Numbered from the stretch's first letter, positions 50,485-64,000 are shown. The stretch is 64,000 nt of DNA from Octopus vulgaris (GCA_951406725.2 OX597817.1:64914001-64978000); one strand, 5' to 3'. Notes: generated by a model from the sequence alone, not told the origin. Translations and numbers: made by a program.

Positions 50485-50692
50485 GTATAACAGGCAAAAG
50501 GCCTGAAATTTTAGAGGAGAGGGTTAGTCGATTACATTGATCCCAGTGCTCAACTGGTACTTATTTCATCGGAACCGAAAGGATGAAAGGCAAAGTCGAC
50601 TGCAGTGACATTTGAACTCAGAACTCAAAGACGGATGAAATACCGCTAAGCATTATTTCCGGTGCGCTAACGATTCAGCCGGCTCGCCGCTA
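50485..50692 (-). mobile_element. Full-length family A SINE
   Basis: ggcctgaaatttt..cccagtgctcaactggtacttattt..gaaaggatgaaaggcaaagtcgac..tttgaactcagaa..gctaacgattc.gcc.gctcgccgc. Confidence 0.9.
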
Positions 50693-51452
50693 CATACTCC
50701 CTTTATCCAAAAGCATTCATTTCTCCTCTTCCCACGACACTAATCGTGCCTCACCTCTCAAATCCCATCACAAACACTTCTTCCCGTCTATCCCTTCCCT
50801 GAACTGAAACGGTTTGGAATTCCCACTCCTCACCTACATTTTACCTGCTGACATCAACATTGTTATTAAAAATGAATAGTAACCGCATCAATCTCACCAC
50901 CCAGAATTATTCATGAATACACTCCGCCCCGTCTTTCTCTTAGTACACACTTTATGCAATAAAAACAAAGATGCTGGCAGCTAACTCTTTAGTGGATCAT
51001 TGTTATAAAACGGCTGAAACCATAACTTGTAAATGCCATCTCGTTTGTAATGAGCCATTGTAGTAGTTGGTTAGCCACAGATTAAACTGTTCCAGCTTCG
51101 ATCATCCTATCTTTTCGACTAGCTAGTTTATTAGAAAAATAAACACAAAAACAAAATAGTGTCATCTGAGAGAAATTTTGCTGCTATTTCTAATCCCGAA
51201 AGGTTGATTGATTGTGTAGAAGTTAACCTCATTGGCACGGACATTATTTTGTATTAAAATATTCCAAATGTATTGTGCTTCAAATGCCTGTATTTGCTTT
51301 GGCACCTTCACTTGGCAACTAATTCCAGTTTTGTGTCATGCAACATATCTAATTTAAAATCAATGATCGTTTTCGTCGTCGACGTTGTCGTAGGCGTCGT
51401 CATCGTAGTCGTTGTTGTGGTTTAACCTCAACCAAACAACAACAACCACAGT

Positions 51453-51576
51453 GGAGGCGCAATGGCCCAGTGGCCCAGTGGTTAGGGCAGCGGACTCGCG
51501 GTCGTAAGAACGCGGTTTCGATTCTCAAACCGGGCATTGTGAGTGTTTATTGAGCAAAAACACCTAAGCTCCACGA
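51453..51576 (+). mobile_element. tRNA-derived SINE head (resembles the octopus OR/OK-type SINEs)
   Basis: ggaggcgcaatggcccagt(ggcccagt)ggttagggcagcggactcgcggtc..ggtttcgattc. A and B boxes are present, with an 8-bp internal duplication and no tRNA acceptor end. The family name is recalled, not verified. Confidence 0.75.
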
Positions 51577-54399
51577 CATTTAACATACTGCATATTATTT
51601 TATGTATGCATTTATTCAAAGTAACGTTTTGTTTGTGCCTTTGTTGATATAAATACATTTAAAAAAGAAATATGCATTTGATTTTTGAATGTCTTGGTCA
51701 GAGCTGATCTCGAGAGCTAAACGACAACAACACTGTCACCACCACCACCACCAACAACAACAACTACAACACGCGCATATAAAAAATGTGAGCACTAAAC
51801 AAATTCAAAGACATTTATTGTAAATGGTAATAACTATTCCATGGAATTGAATTGAAAGTATATTGCCTGAGGTAGTGCTCCAGAATGGCGTGGACTCAAA
51901 ATTGGTGTTAGCGAATTAAATAACAAACGTGATATTGTTGAAGACATATAAATGATTCTGCCAAACGCCTTCTCTTCTGCAACAAGGTGGAGGAAATAGT
52001 TATTTTACTAAGATAGGTTCGGTTATTTGAAGTACGTACGGTTTTGCACATTAAAAGGTTAAGTGTCATCGATCAAACCGTGAATTGAATTAGATTAGAT
52101 TCTCTTACAACAGCTCAGTAATCACATTATGCTACACAGTCTTGAATATCGCTGTTTCGTCAGTAAATAAATCTTGCATTTATACTTTCAACAACGATCG
52201 TATTTTATTTATGAAAACGGCAAACGAAAAGAGGCCCAACGAAGTGCGCCAAAAAAGACCAACTTTTTCACTCCACTCAAGCCCACTTACTATTTCTCTG
52301 TAACATAAACTTTGACTTTCTTCAACTAAATTTCTGATTCAGTTAAAAATGTTTCCTTTCACGTTTAGGTCTGGAAGTTTTGATAATAATTTCTGATGCT
52401 AAACCATGTGTTGTGAGCATCCTGTGTTAAGTTCGACAGTCTAGAATGCTACAGAAACAATGCATTCAGTATCGTTTGTGTGGCACAAATATTTATTTCT
52501 AAGAAAATAGATTTTTGCTGCCGTATATCAAGAACTATTCTGTATGTTGATATACCAGGACACTTTACGTAAAACGTATATAAGCAGACTATATTGTAAT
52601 TTTTTTCTGTAAAAGGATGCCATTTAGTGCAAATTTGTCCTAGACATGGCTTAAATTGCATTCAGTGTTGAGGCCGTAGCTCGGGGATTCAGGAGTTTGT
52701 GAAGTATGAAATTAGTCCTTAGCCTTCACTGCTTCCAGGCCCGTTCTGGGCTCGGGGCGGTGGTACTTGTCAAGAGCCCTAGTTACGGGTCAAACAGCAG
52801 AAGACAGTCCTGTGGCTAAGGCATATATGACACAATCTATGCAGGCAACCAACATATAACATTTATTTTGATAGTCAGGTTCTGTTGGTTCACTTCACTA
52901 TTGGGATGGCTCCAATTCTTGTTGACCATGAGTGTATTGCTTATTGTTCAGACAAAGAAGAAAAGCCAATGGTGTAGATACTGTTGGTGACCTCTCCTTA
53001 TCAGCTCTTATCGAGCAAGTTAACTACCATAGATGTTCCACTCATGGCTTTTTCTTTTGTCATATTGAGGATTACATTATTCAGTCTATCCATTTTCTTA
53101 AGACGGCTACGTTGAGATTTTGAGTGCGATTTGGCTGCCATTTCTAGTGAGTTGAGCGACTTACTAGAAGCGCCCTCATTGTCTGATTTGTTCGTACCAT
53201 TATATTTAGGTTTAGTGCAGTGGATGGGTCAATCGTTAGAGCGGGTGAACCAAATGTCTTGCAGTATTTTGTTATGTCCCTTTACTTTCTAAGTTCGAAT
53301 ACTGTAAGGACTATTTTGCTTTCATATTCTTCCGTGGTCGATAAAATAAGTTACAGTAGCCAAGTATCATCAGGAATCGCCAACTTCCAGTAAAATGAAA
53401 ACTATGGATAGATTTTATACTATTCATGCCTACTACAGATAATGTACAAGATTAATTTCCAATCCCTGCCAAGGGTAGTTAGTAGGTCACGGTAGAATTT
53501 GAACTCAGACTACAAAGAACCGAAACAAATACCGCGTGGCATCTAATTCGTTACGTTAACGACTCCATCAATCCACCACCCTAGACTTGTATTTTATAAC
53601 ATCAGCCCCGAAATAACGAAAAGTAAAGTTTGTCTCTGCAGGATTTGAACTCAGAATGCAAATAACCCCGTGCTGACACCGTAGTGCATCAGACAATTTG
53701 TCACCTATAACCAATTCTGCCCTGTTTGAAAACTGTGGCCTTGTACCAAAGTACCAAAGTCACTTTTATATTTTTGATTGGCTAGTATAGTATCACCGTC
53801 AGCAAGCTACGTCAGAATGATGATAACCCCTAGCATTAAAGACCTCATATTTCTGTATATGTTTCATGCTCCTATCTCTGGCCAACAGAGGATGCTATGC
53901 TATAGGATATAGGATATATCCAATAGATAAACCAGACTACATTGGATCGTTTGTCTATGTCACACAAATTGATAACATAAACGCTTGTTATCACCATGAC
54001 AACATTTCCACCGATATTATATTTTAAATTAACTTAATGCTTCTCGTTTGCTAGTTGTCACCTTAGTAACACTATTGCATGTTGTTGAGGTTGATGAATT
54101 AATGATAGGCGTTATGCATATGCATGTGTGTATGTATGTATAGATACGTGTACATGTCTATGTATGTGCGTACGTATTTGTATGTGCGTCTATGTGTGCC
54201 TTTGAGTATATGCAATACGGTTTTAGTTTATTTTATATATCAATGTAAGCACTCTCATGTAAAAATATACTCACACACACATATTTATTGTAAAATAAAC
54301 ATTTAAAATACATGCATATGTATTTGTACATATGTGTAGATTCATACATGTAAATATATGCATATACACAAGTCAGTAAACCAGCTCTCCCGTGTCATT

Positions 54400-55520
54400 C
54401 CCTAGTGAGTTCTCGCATTCGTGAAATTTGGTGAAGGCAGTGTTGTTGTTCTTGATATAAACAAGGCTCTCGTATGTGTCTATTTCGTGAATCTCGTTGA
54501 TGGCTTTCATCTTGTCAAAACATCTCGTTGATGGCTTTCATATCTTTCTCGTGTTTAGGATCGATGGCTTCTAATCAGATTGCACTATTGCAGCGCATGT
54601 TGGTGGTGCCCTCTTTGACTCACACTCTAAGCACATTGGTGTGCTCTAAATTTCGATCTCTTCCTCTCCTTCTGTAATAGCAGCGATCTATTCACTCCAC
54701 TGTGAAAAGTGTCCACTTATAGCAGATGATACCGCTCTTCATTCTTCCTTAACATTCTGTATTCAAGCATCATCCACATGTCACCGCTATACTTCCACAT
54801 CTCACACCATATCTGCATTGACTCCATGAAGAGAGATCTTGTAAACATCTTTCAATGAAGTCTTGCCAAATCGTGTCTTCTCTGACTGCAAATATACACG
54901 ATCACTACGTATATCAAGATGCCATTACCGCAAACCTCCTGTAATCTAAACATCAAAGGTACACAACTAGAAATCTTAAGCACGTTACAAATGCTGGACC
55001 TCATCATCTCGGTGAAAACAATTCCTCAACATAGCAAAAATGGCATTATAAAGGCGACTGGCCCTCCGCTTCAAAATCCAAAGATCCTTCGGCATTGAGT
55101 AACTATTAATCTTTTGAGAAGTTCAGGCAAAACCCACAATAGAAGACTGCTCCCACGTTTGGGGTGAACATACAGACATCCTACAGACATCCATAGACAT
55201 TCCAAAATGACATCCAAAGAAAGGCTAATCGCCTGATTAATATGAAGTCATTCATCAAGACACCAATGTCCTTTAGACGTGCTGTCTCCTCTTTTTGCAT
55301 TTTCCACTACGACTAAAGTGGCTTCTGCTCCAACATTTTTGCTGATCTCCTGTCATCTCTCCTCAAGTACTTCCAACTAACTCCTCTTTTGTTTGTGACT
55401 ATATCATGTCAAGATTCCAGACACTGTACTAACCCTTGCGACCAGTTCGTCGTACCCTGGTTGCCCTTACAGAAGGCCATCCCTGCTCATATATTCCCTT
55501 CAGATATTGAAATGTTGCCG
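54400..55520 (+). mobile_element. Decayed APE-type LINE RT (CR1/Jockey-like)
   Basis: FGEGSVVVLDINKAL resembles ALDISKAFD. ADDTALH gives the catalytic ADD. The rest is heavily frameshifted. Confidence 0.65.
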
Positions 55521-55822
55521 TTCAAAAGGAATGTTAACTGCATCGATTCATTTGTCTTGAACTGCCTGCGAAGGCCGTAGGCACGACACACAACTGCTTT
55601 TTCCGGACCAAACGAGTAACATATACGCACCACCAAGAGAGTTTTTAGTGATTGCACGTCATTCTAGAAATAGCAATCTAAAGAGTGTTAAATCACACAG
55701 TGCTGTATTCAGAAAGGACATGTGGATAATGTGGTTCTGGAATTTCTGTACATAGGTAAAGACACAATGGTCAAGACTTTTGGTTACAGTTCTGCTCAAT
55801 CAGAGCAAGCTAGGGAATAAAC

Positions 55823-55929
<107 letters not shown>

Positions 55930-56700
55930 CAGATGAGTATAGCTTAAAAGTTTGTATTGATAAGTTCTCAAAAACTTCTAATAACTTTGGCTTCACTATC
56001 AACACTGCAGAAACAAGTACTGCAGTCACCTATCTTGGGTTATCCGGAGTGTTTATCATTTGAAATAAAAGTGAGACTGAGTTGAACCATTGAACAATTT
56101 TAAGTATCTTGGAAGTACACTCTCATCAAATACCTGCTTCGATGTAGAAGTATCAATACATATTGGCAAGGTAAGGCAGCAAGGTGACAGAATCGTCACC
56201 GGCTTAGCAGTATTTCTTCCGACTTTACTTTCCGAGTTCAAATATCGGCGAGGTGGACATAGCCTTTAATCCTTTCGGGTTCGATAAAATAAGTACCAGT
56301 TGTGCACTAGAGTTGATGTAACCGACTTACTCCACTCCTCGCAATTACTGGCCTTGTGCCAAAATTTCAAACCGATATGCATTGACAAGGTTAGTGCGGC
56401 TTTTGAAAAACCGTAGTACATTGTGTGTGGCAACCTAGGTATATGCATAGATCCTCAACAATGCTGTCATCCCAACTCTCCCTTACGGCGAGGAAATTGA
56501 GAGAATGCCAATCCCATACTAATGTGCTTAATTATATCTACATGTTTTGTGTAAGGAAGATTATAAATATAAAGCTGCAAGACAAAATTCCTAATAGAAA
56601 AGTTTTCATGCGTGCCAATTCTCTAAGTTTATTTGCTAAGCTAAAATAAATCCAACTGTGTTGGGCTGGACATATTGTCAAAATGCCTGACAGTCAAACT
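55930..56700 (+). mobile_element. RTE (BovB-like) remnant with a nested family A SINE at about 56175-56375
   Basis: NNFGFTIN; EQFKYLGSTLSSNTCFDVEVSIHIGK, then the SINE, then IDKVSAAFEK. The SINE is flanked by attggcaaggt / attgacaaggt. Confidence 0.8.
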
Positions 56701-57009
56701 ACTCGGCTGTCTAACTGTTTAGCTGGTTTTGAATACAGTGTGCATATTTTACAGTCAAAACAAAGCAGACAAAATGTATGTTATAAGAATAGTTATTTAG
56801 TGTCAATAATTTTTTTATTCTATCTGCGATTTTGTCACGAAGATTTGCATTCCTGTCGAACATCCTGCCAGAGTATTTGAAGAAAGGTATGTTTTTCAAG
56901 ATATAATTATAAGCTTATAAGAGTTCACTGTATATTGGCTATAGAAAATAGTCTAATATTGGGGTATATAAACTCTCGGCGGAAAATATTTTCAAAGTTT
57001 TACCGTATA

Positions 57010-57260
57010 CTATCAGTACCCATACAAGTATTCTAACGATGATTTATTTCCAAGGTATGGCTGATAAAGAACAACAGTGTTATGGAGATTTATTGTAAGG
57101 GTTAACATGCTACATGTCAATGAAATTTTATCCATAACTGTTTGAAGATATTTTTTATTGTATGCAACATTGTCAAAGTCATCAACGTGCAAGAAATGTC
57201 TTGAGACACAAATCTCCTTTACATTAAACCCTACCAAATTTAAAAGGAGGAATGCAGATT
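57010..57260 (-). mobile_element. RTE-like RT fragment
   Basis: FLHVDD..LQTVMDKISLTCSMLTLTINLHNTVVLYQP resembles LFADD..LQ..MD.FS.AC..FGLTIN.KKT.V..QP. Confidence 0.7.
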
Positions 57261-58529
57261 ATACTATGTAGTAGCCGATAGACTAAAAGAGGCATACTCA
57301 CCACTGAACGGCTCTGAGTTTTGGTCTGCTCGATGCAGGTTGATCTGGGCTAAATAATAGCAACGACAACGACGACGGTGATGATAGCGATGGCGGTGGC
57401 GGCGGCGTGTTCAAGTTAAAGTCATCCACCACCAGGAAGTGCATCTCACACGGTTACTAGGACTGCGATAAATGGTGTCGATGATATGCAAATATAATTA
57501 TGCATAAATGCAGTGACATATCTTTATTCGTATCACATAGTTATGAAGTTATGTGATACCATTTACACAGTTATTACCGCTCAATGGATTGGTGAGCAGA
57601 CGTTATGTAGAACAAAATTTACATTTTCCTCGCAACAGCCAAGTGATATGAATATGATAGCGATAGAGGATGTGGTGGTGGTGGTGTTGGTTATGAAAAT
57701 ATCATTGGTACGTTGGTGATGGTGGTGTTGGTGGTGGCAGTAAAAGTACAGTGTTTTGGTGTCTATTGAGTTGGTGCTGGTGGCGTCAATGTTGATTGCT
57801 TTGGTAATTGTAGTGCGTTGGTGGGTGCAATGGTGTTGGCTGGCTATATTGGCATTGTTGTTGTAGGTGTTGATGTTGGGATTTCCCTATCAGTTTTGGT
57901 CGTATCTGTGTGGTTGCTTTTCTACAGGCCAGCTCAGGAGGGGAAAAAAACCCATCATCAAAAACGTTTCAGTCGTGACCATCCTGTCTTTTTTTTTTTT
58001 TACAGAAAATGTACATCTTAGATCAAGTTATTCAGTGCGTTCCCTCCTCATTTTAGACGGTAGGCTCTAATTTTTGTTAGAGTGACTTAGCTGCTATTTC
58101 TAGCAGATCGAACGACCATGTATATGTTTCTTCATTGCCTCACTTCGTCATAGCTAGGAAAAAAAGAAAGAAAAGAAAACCCCGCAAACCTTAAAATAAC
58201 TGCGTATTCGCGATAGTTTAGCTAAGTTTCATTTTTATCTGAGTAGTAAGATCTAATTTTTCGTCCAGTTCAGCACAACCACATTGATTTTGTGTGCCTC
58301 TAACAGAGTCCACTCTATGGCACATATTAGGACCAGTTCTCCAGAATAGAGATCACTCTTCTTATACCTCATTAGAATTCTTGGAGGCCTTTTAAATAGG
58401 TCATGGTCGCTGCTCTTTCACTTCTGACTACTAGAAATTTCAATTGATCAAGAATTTTCTGTGTACGTTGTTCATTACGCATCTCTCTTAACTTATTTAT
58501 TAAAATTCATGCAAATGACCTTTGTTATT

Positions 58530-58714
58530 TTTTACTTGTTTGGATTGCGGCCATGTTGGGGCACCACCTTGATAAGTTTAGTCGAACAAATCGACTTTAG
58601 TACTAATTTTTATGCGTAGTACTTACTCTAGCTGCCCCTTTGGCCGATCTGCTTAGTTACAGGGACGTAAACGTATCAACGCCGGTTGTCAAGCGACTTT
58701 TGTGGAACAAACAC

Positions 58715-58779
<65 letters not shown>

Positions 58780-58794
58780 GCACACACACACACG

Positions 58795-58835
<41 letters not shown>

Positions 58836-58900
58836 ACAGAATTTCCGCCAGACATTCGTTTACAAGGCTTTGATCGGCCTCAGTCTGTAGTAGAAGACAC
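58530..58900 (-). mobile_element. SINE family B, decayed
   Basis: gcggccatgttggggcacc..gtcgaacaaatcgac..gggacgtaaac..ccggttgtcaagcga (CA)n ..caaggctttgatcggcc..gtagaagacac. Confidence 0.85.
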
Positions 58901-59131
58901 CCAATTTCCTTAGTTCATTTCCTTTAGTTCTTTTAATTTTTTAAAATTGTCTGTGTGCGCGCGCGCAAGTGAGTGCGTACGTTTGTACGTCTGTATGCAT
59001 GCGTGTGTCTTTACGTTCTGAGTTCAAACCCGCTGAGGTCAACTTTGCATTTCATCCTTTCGGGGTCGTTAAGTAAAGTATTATTTGTGTACAAATTGCT
59101 TGCTTTGTGGCAAATTTAGAAAGAATATATC

Positions 59132-59162
<31 letters not shown>

Positions 59163-59624
59163 GTGTGTGTTTGTAAGTGTATGTGTGTGTCGTGAATGTG
59201 TATGTGTATGACAGAGAGTGTATCTGTGTGTAAGACTATGTTTGACTAACAGTCTTCAAACACATATTGCATATTCATTAGAAAGCCATTGGGTAATGAA
59301 TTGTTTGGAGCAACACTCCACACACTCGCACTTACACGCTCGTGCACGCACACCAAATATGCACGCATATACATATATACGCGCACAAACATACCCGTAT
59401 TTTGACACCCACGCGCACAAACATGGACACAAACACACATACAAACATGCAAACAGAATAATTTTATACTGAAAAGTGCAGTATAAATTCATGTGAGACA
59501 GTTCATATATGCAACACGTAATTTACATACACATACACAAGTGTATACATGATATAATTTGATATACTCACGCGCGCATGTGTCTGTGTTTTTGCATGCG
59601 TCTGTTTGCGTGTGCATATGTGCG

Positions 59625-59793
<169 letters not shown>

Positions 59794-59819
59794 ATGTCTA
59801 TCTATCTAATCTCAGTACC

Positions 59820-60400
59820 TAAAACATCGAGCAAAGTCTATAAGTAGCGATCCCGATAACACTACGAAGAAATGATCTGCTTTGCAACAACTATCCAGAA
59901 AATATACTACCCACTCCAGTTAGGAAGAGGACAGAGAATGAAACCCCAAAACTGACCACAGCCTGTCTACCCTATGTCAAGGGCCCCTCGCAAAAGATAC
60001 AGGAGATATGTGGTCTATACGACACCAGGAGAGTATTCAGAATTAATACATCACTTCACAAATATCTTCGAGTAAAACTACCCATAGAAGAGAATATGAC
60101 AAAAAACTGCGTGTACTCCATCCCATGCAGTTGCGGTAGGTTATACGAAGGCGAAACATTCCACCCCCTTAAAATAAGGGTAGAAGGAACATCGTAAAGC
60201 TGTGACACAAGGAGATATTGAAAAATCGGGTATAGCCGACCATGTATGGAAAACCGGAGACCATCTTCCCCTCTGGGACGAAGTTAAAATAATAGAGAAC
60301 ACCACTGGAAAATATGAAAATTAGAAGAAGCAGCACATATGCTAGGACACAATAACCTCTCCTAAGCAAACCCAGTGCAGATATGAATGCAATATTTTCA
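59820..60400 (+). mobile_element. Penelope-like element GIY-YIG endonuclease remnant
   Basis: ACLPYVKGPSQKI..; KNCVYSIPCSCGRLYEGETFHPLKIRVE(E)HRKAVTQGDIEKSGIADHVW..LWDEVKII; EAAHM. This matches the PLE pattern VY.IPC.C...YIGET..L..R..EH. Confidence 0.93.
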
Positions 60401-60639
60401 GTCCCAGTCCCCGCAATAGTGGCTCTAGGGTTAGTACATGCTGAAGGAACGAGAGGGGAGAATCTTGACGAACAGAGCACATGATACTAAATGGTTCCTA
60501 TAACTGGCCACTTACTCTTAGCACCAATTAGATGTCACCGTACATTGCAGCGATCCAGCCTTTGAAAATGAGACCGAAACCAGCTGCCACGAGGACAGCC
60601 ACCAAGAGCTGGTACCGAAAGCTTTAAATTGATCAAATC

Positions 60640-61660
60640 CCCACCATGCTAGGTTTCTTGCCTCTCTCTATGAAGTATCAGATGAGATTTGCGCAATACC
60701 AGTCAGAATATCTCATCGTTAACTCCTTGGCCAAAATCTTCAAGTCTACATTTAGTAGTCTTCAAGAAACTGCGTTTAGCAGTCCGAGCAACCACTCTCG
60801 ACTCACAGAACTGGGGATATTCTCACGCTGTTGCTAGTTGAAATAGCTAGATGATAAGAGGTGTCGAACAAGTCTGTCATCAGAAAATAAAATACGTAGC
60901 GGGGCAAAACTAGGTGATTCTCCCCACAGTGCTGCTACCCATCGCTTCCTACATTTCCCTGGCTGTTATCGGCTTTTTGCCTCCGTTGCCAAGAGTTGTG
61001 GCTGGCCATCGAAGTAGACATGGGTGTCCATCCTTCGATCTAATAGTCGAACAAAGTCCCGCACTTCTGCTTGAGATCGAGTAGCACGCTCATCAGAGAT
61101 TGAATTGCAGCTTTGTTGCAACATTACACCTCTGCCACTCGAGCCTATCGAACAGATTTTGTTTCTTCATATCTTAGAACACATGCCTTAGTTCTGATAA
61201 CACATTCTTCGTGCTTTGCATTGAAAAACTGGTCGAGTTATGACTAAGGCTCCTTCTTTTCTAGTTTTTCTCTATTGCTACTTCCGTACCATTTTCAGGG
61301 CAAACCACCGTTTATTGTTGACATTTGCCCTTGTTAACACCCGCTCAACTAATTCGCTAATCTTGACTTGTAATCTCGGTGCGTCACGAAAGAGGCATTC
61401 AACTTCCAGTAAGTGGGTCCCTGCCTACAAAGCAGGGTCGATCGTACAGATCATAGATTTGTGATCTGTATGGCCGATCACTTTGAATACACAATCTAGA
61501 CACGGCTTGGATGACCCGATGAGGTTTGTTCACGTCCACATTCGGGAAATCCAGTCGGCATCTGTCATAGAGATGGTAACTTCTAAGTAGGTTTGGAAAG
61601 CTTTTGCGTCCTTTTTCGAGTAGTCCCTTGCCCATCAGTTATCCCACAGTCTTAGAGTGC
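60640..61660 (-). mobile_element. Tx1/L1-clade LINE ORF2 remnant
   Basis: APE end WT*TN..GSSKPCLDCV..HTDHK; GPTYWKLNAS (the L1/Tx1 YWKLN motif); RT start LLNVDLKILAK. Confidence 0.85.
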
Positions 61661-61829
61661 ATATAATATGGCGTACCAATCACTTACTAACAATAAAGAG
61701 CGGAAAGACTTTTAGACGCCGGAAGTAGTTTGACCACCAAATATTTACAATGAAAATGTTTTAAGATATCCGAATAAAACAAAACTAACGAAGAGTACTC
61801 GAGTACACGTAAAAATTAACCCTCCCCCC

Positions 61830-61831
<2 letters not shown>

Positions 61832-61887
<56 letters not shown>

Positions 61888-61972
61888 AACTACTACCACC
61901 ACCACCACCACCACCAGCACCACCACCAGCACCAGCACCAGCACCAGCACCACCAGCACCACCAGCACCACC

Positions 61973-62055
<83 letters not shown>

Positions 62056-62085
62056 CACCACCACCACCACCACCTACACCACCAC
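61832..62085. repeat. Compound trinucleotide repeat (CTA)n/(CCA)n/(CAGCAC)n
   Basis: Seen directly. It is the source of the poly-Val ORF. Confidence 0.95.
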
Positions 62086-62121
62086 AGATGTATTAAATTA
62101 ACGCTCGAGAAGTGAGAGAGT

Positions 62122-62157
62122 CTTTTACGTTTCGAGCCTACGCTCTTCAACAGAAAG
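62122..62157 (-). ncRNA. Minimal hammerhead variant (CUGUUGA core), family H1
   Basis: Minus strand: CTTT-CTGTTGA-A-GAGC gtag GCTC-GAAA-CG-TA-AAAG. Confidence 0.72.
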
Positions 62158-62210
62158 GAACACAGAAATAAGCAGAGAGAATATAGAAAAGGCTAGCGAT
62201 ATATATATAT

Positions 62211-62391
62211 ATATATATAAATATAACAATTTAGGAATGGCCTTAACAGGCCATTCGTCCACCAGAAAGAGCAGCCAGAACTCAAACCGCCAAGTAGTGC
62301 AATTCTACTTGGCGGTTTGAGTTCTGGCTGCTCTTTCTGGTGGACGAATGGCCTGTTAAGGCCATTCCTAAATTGTTATATTTATATATAT
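62211..62391. repeat. Perfect 87-bp inverted repeat with a 7-nt loop
   Basis: 62211-62297 is the exact reverse complement of 62305-62391, with loop tgcaatt. Each arm has an internal GAATGGCC/GGCCATTC hairpin. Confidence 0.97.
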
Positions 62392-62478
62392 TTAGTCTTT
62401 GACTATTTTCTCTTTTCCACTAGGCCGCTGGTAGCGATAAATTTCTATTGAATTTTTTGCTACCCTAAATTGATTAAA

Positions 62479-62518
<40 letters not shown>

Positions 62519-62519
62519 G

Positions 62520-62529
<10 letters not shown>

Positions 62530-62575
<46 letters not shown>

Positions 62576-62835
62576 TGTGTCTGTGCGTGCGTGTGTGTGC
62601 GTGTATGTGTGTGTGTGTGTGCGTGCGTGTGTGTGCGTCTGTGTTTGTCCCCCCCACCATCGCTTGACAACTGATGTTGGTGTGTTTACGTCCCCGTAAC
62701 TTAGAGGCTCGGCATAAGAGTCAATAGAATAAGTACTGGGCTTGCAAAGAATAAGTCCTGGGGTCGATTTGTTCGACTAAAGGCGATACTCCAGCATGGT
62801 CGCAGTCAAATGATTGAAACAAGTAAATAAATAAA
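62530..62835 (+). mobile_element. SINE family B 3' half
   Basis: (TG)n gtgtttgtcccccccaccatcgcttgacaac..gtccccgtaacttag..gaataagtcctggggtcgatttgttcgactaaaggcg..gaaacaagtaaataaataaa. Confidence 0.92.
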
Positions 62836-63002
62836 TGAATACATATGCATATAGGAATAAATGTACGTGTGCAATTGTGCACGTATATATGTATATGTGT
62901 ACATACATATATATACAAATATGCATTACATACGCTTATACACACATGTATACAACAGATATACGCATAGTTGTTATATATACGCATAGTTGTACGTATG
63001 CA

Positions 63003-63048
<46 letters not shown>

Positions 63049-63074
63049 GCATATACATACATGCATACACTCAC

Positions 63075-63112
<38 letters not shown>

Positions 63113-63311
63113 GATACATATCTACATATGTGTATATACATATATGACCATTTATGTATCTATCCATCTACCTAGGTTTGGCAAAGTCGTTATATCGTCG
63201 GACAGAATATCCCAAAAATAGGCCATGTATTTGTATATTTATATATATTTGTACACATACGCATACACATATATCTTTATATATATGTATTTACATATAT
63301 GCATTATAGTA

Positions 63312-63400
63312 CAGTGATTCCCAACCTGTGGTCCGCACATCCTTGATGGTCTGCAAAGATAGTAGTGGGGATGCGTGAACTAAATTCAAAATTTCATTCA
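63312..63400 (+). mobile_element. hAT/Charlie-like MITE left end
   Basis: cagtgattcccaacctgtggtccgc..ggtctgc is a typical Charlie-type terminus with subterminal ggtccg motifs. Confidence 0.55.
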
Positions 63401-63492
63401 TAGATAATACATACATACATACATGCATACATGCATACATACATTCATACATACACACATACATACATTCATGCATACATACATACATACAT

Positions 63493-63589
<97 letters not shown>

Positions 63590-64000
63590 CACACACTCAT
63601 ACTAACAAACACACTTGTATGTGTGTGATGTGTGCGTATGTATGAGTGAGTGCGCGCATGCGTGTGTATTTATATATATTTCCATCGAAAATTGTGACTG
63701 CTACAGACAACCAATCAGGAAATCCCCACAAAATCCCGGATTTCCCTGCCTAACAAAAGCGTTGCTAATAATAGTAACAGCAATAATAATGTTAATGAGA
63801 TGGCATGTTCAATAACAAGAAGCGATGCAGCTGCAGCACCTGTCACATAATCTGCAGCAGCAATCTACTACATATATTCATGTCTGTTCTGCTAACGCCG
63901 CCATTCACGCATCGAAATTCCACGGAGGCAAATCTTTTCTCAGTTGTCGTTGCTCACTTTGTCTATTTGTACAAATCGATAGAATCTTAACCCAAACATA

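Noticed and set aside
52670-52790. Tiny MITE with ggccgtagctcggg / ccctagttacgggtc ends
   Set aside because: The inverted match is short and imperfect, and no TSD was identified.

Overview
This is AT-rich, microsatellite-dense metazoan DNA. The SINE families look like those of a coleoid cephalopod, probably Octopus (inference). There is no complete host gene: the only host coding signal is a probable short terminal exon at 2849, followed by a long CpG-depleted 3' UTR-like region reaching about 8-10 kb. The rest is CpG-retaining intergenic DNA full of decayed mobile elements. These include Helitrons (one complete non-autonomous copy with both termini), mariner, hAT and Tigger derivatives and MITEs, non-LTR retrotransposons (R4/Dong-, Hero-, RTE-, Tx1/L1- and CR1/Jockey-like), two Penelope-like element (PLE) remnants, and several tRNA-derived SINE families. 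Most ORFs in the supplied track are microsatellite artefacts. The most interesting signal is a set of minimal type I hammerhead ribozyme motifs from several unrelated sequence families. Three occur as back-to-back fold-backs with the symmetry axis just 5' of the catalytic core (about 12.18 kb, 40.55 kb and 43.72 kb). A fourth, perfect 87-bp fold-back lies next to a hammerhead at about 62.3 kb, and one family carries a shared non-canonical CUGUnGA core. Everything was read by eye, and element boundaries without stated termini are approximate.
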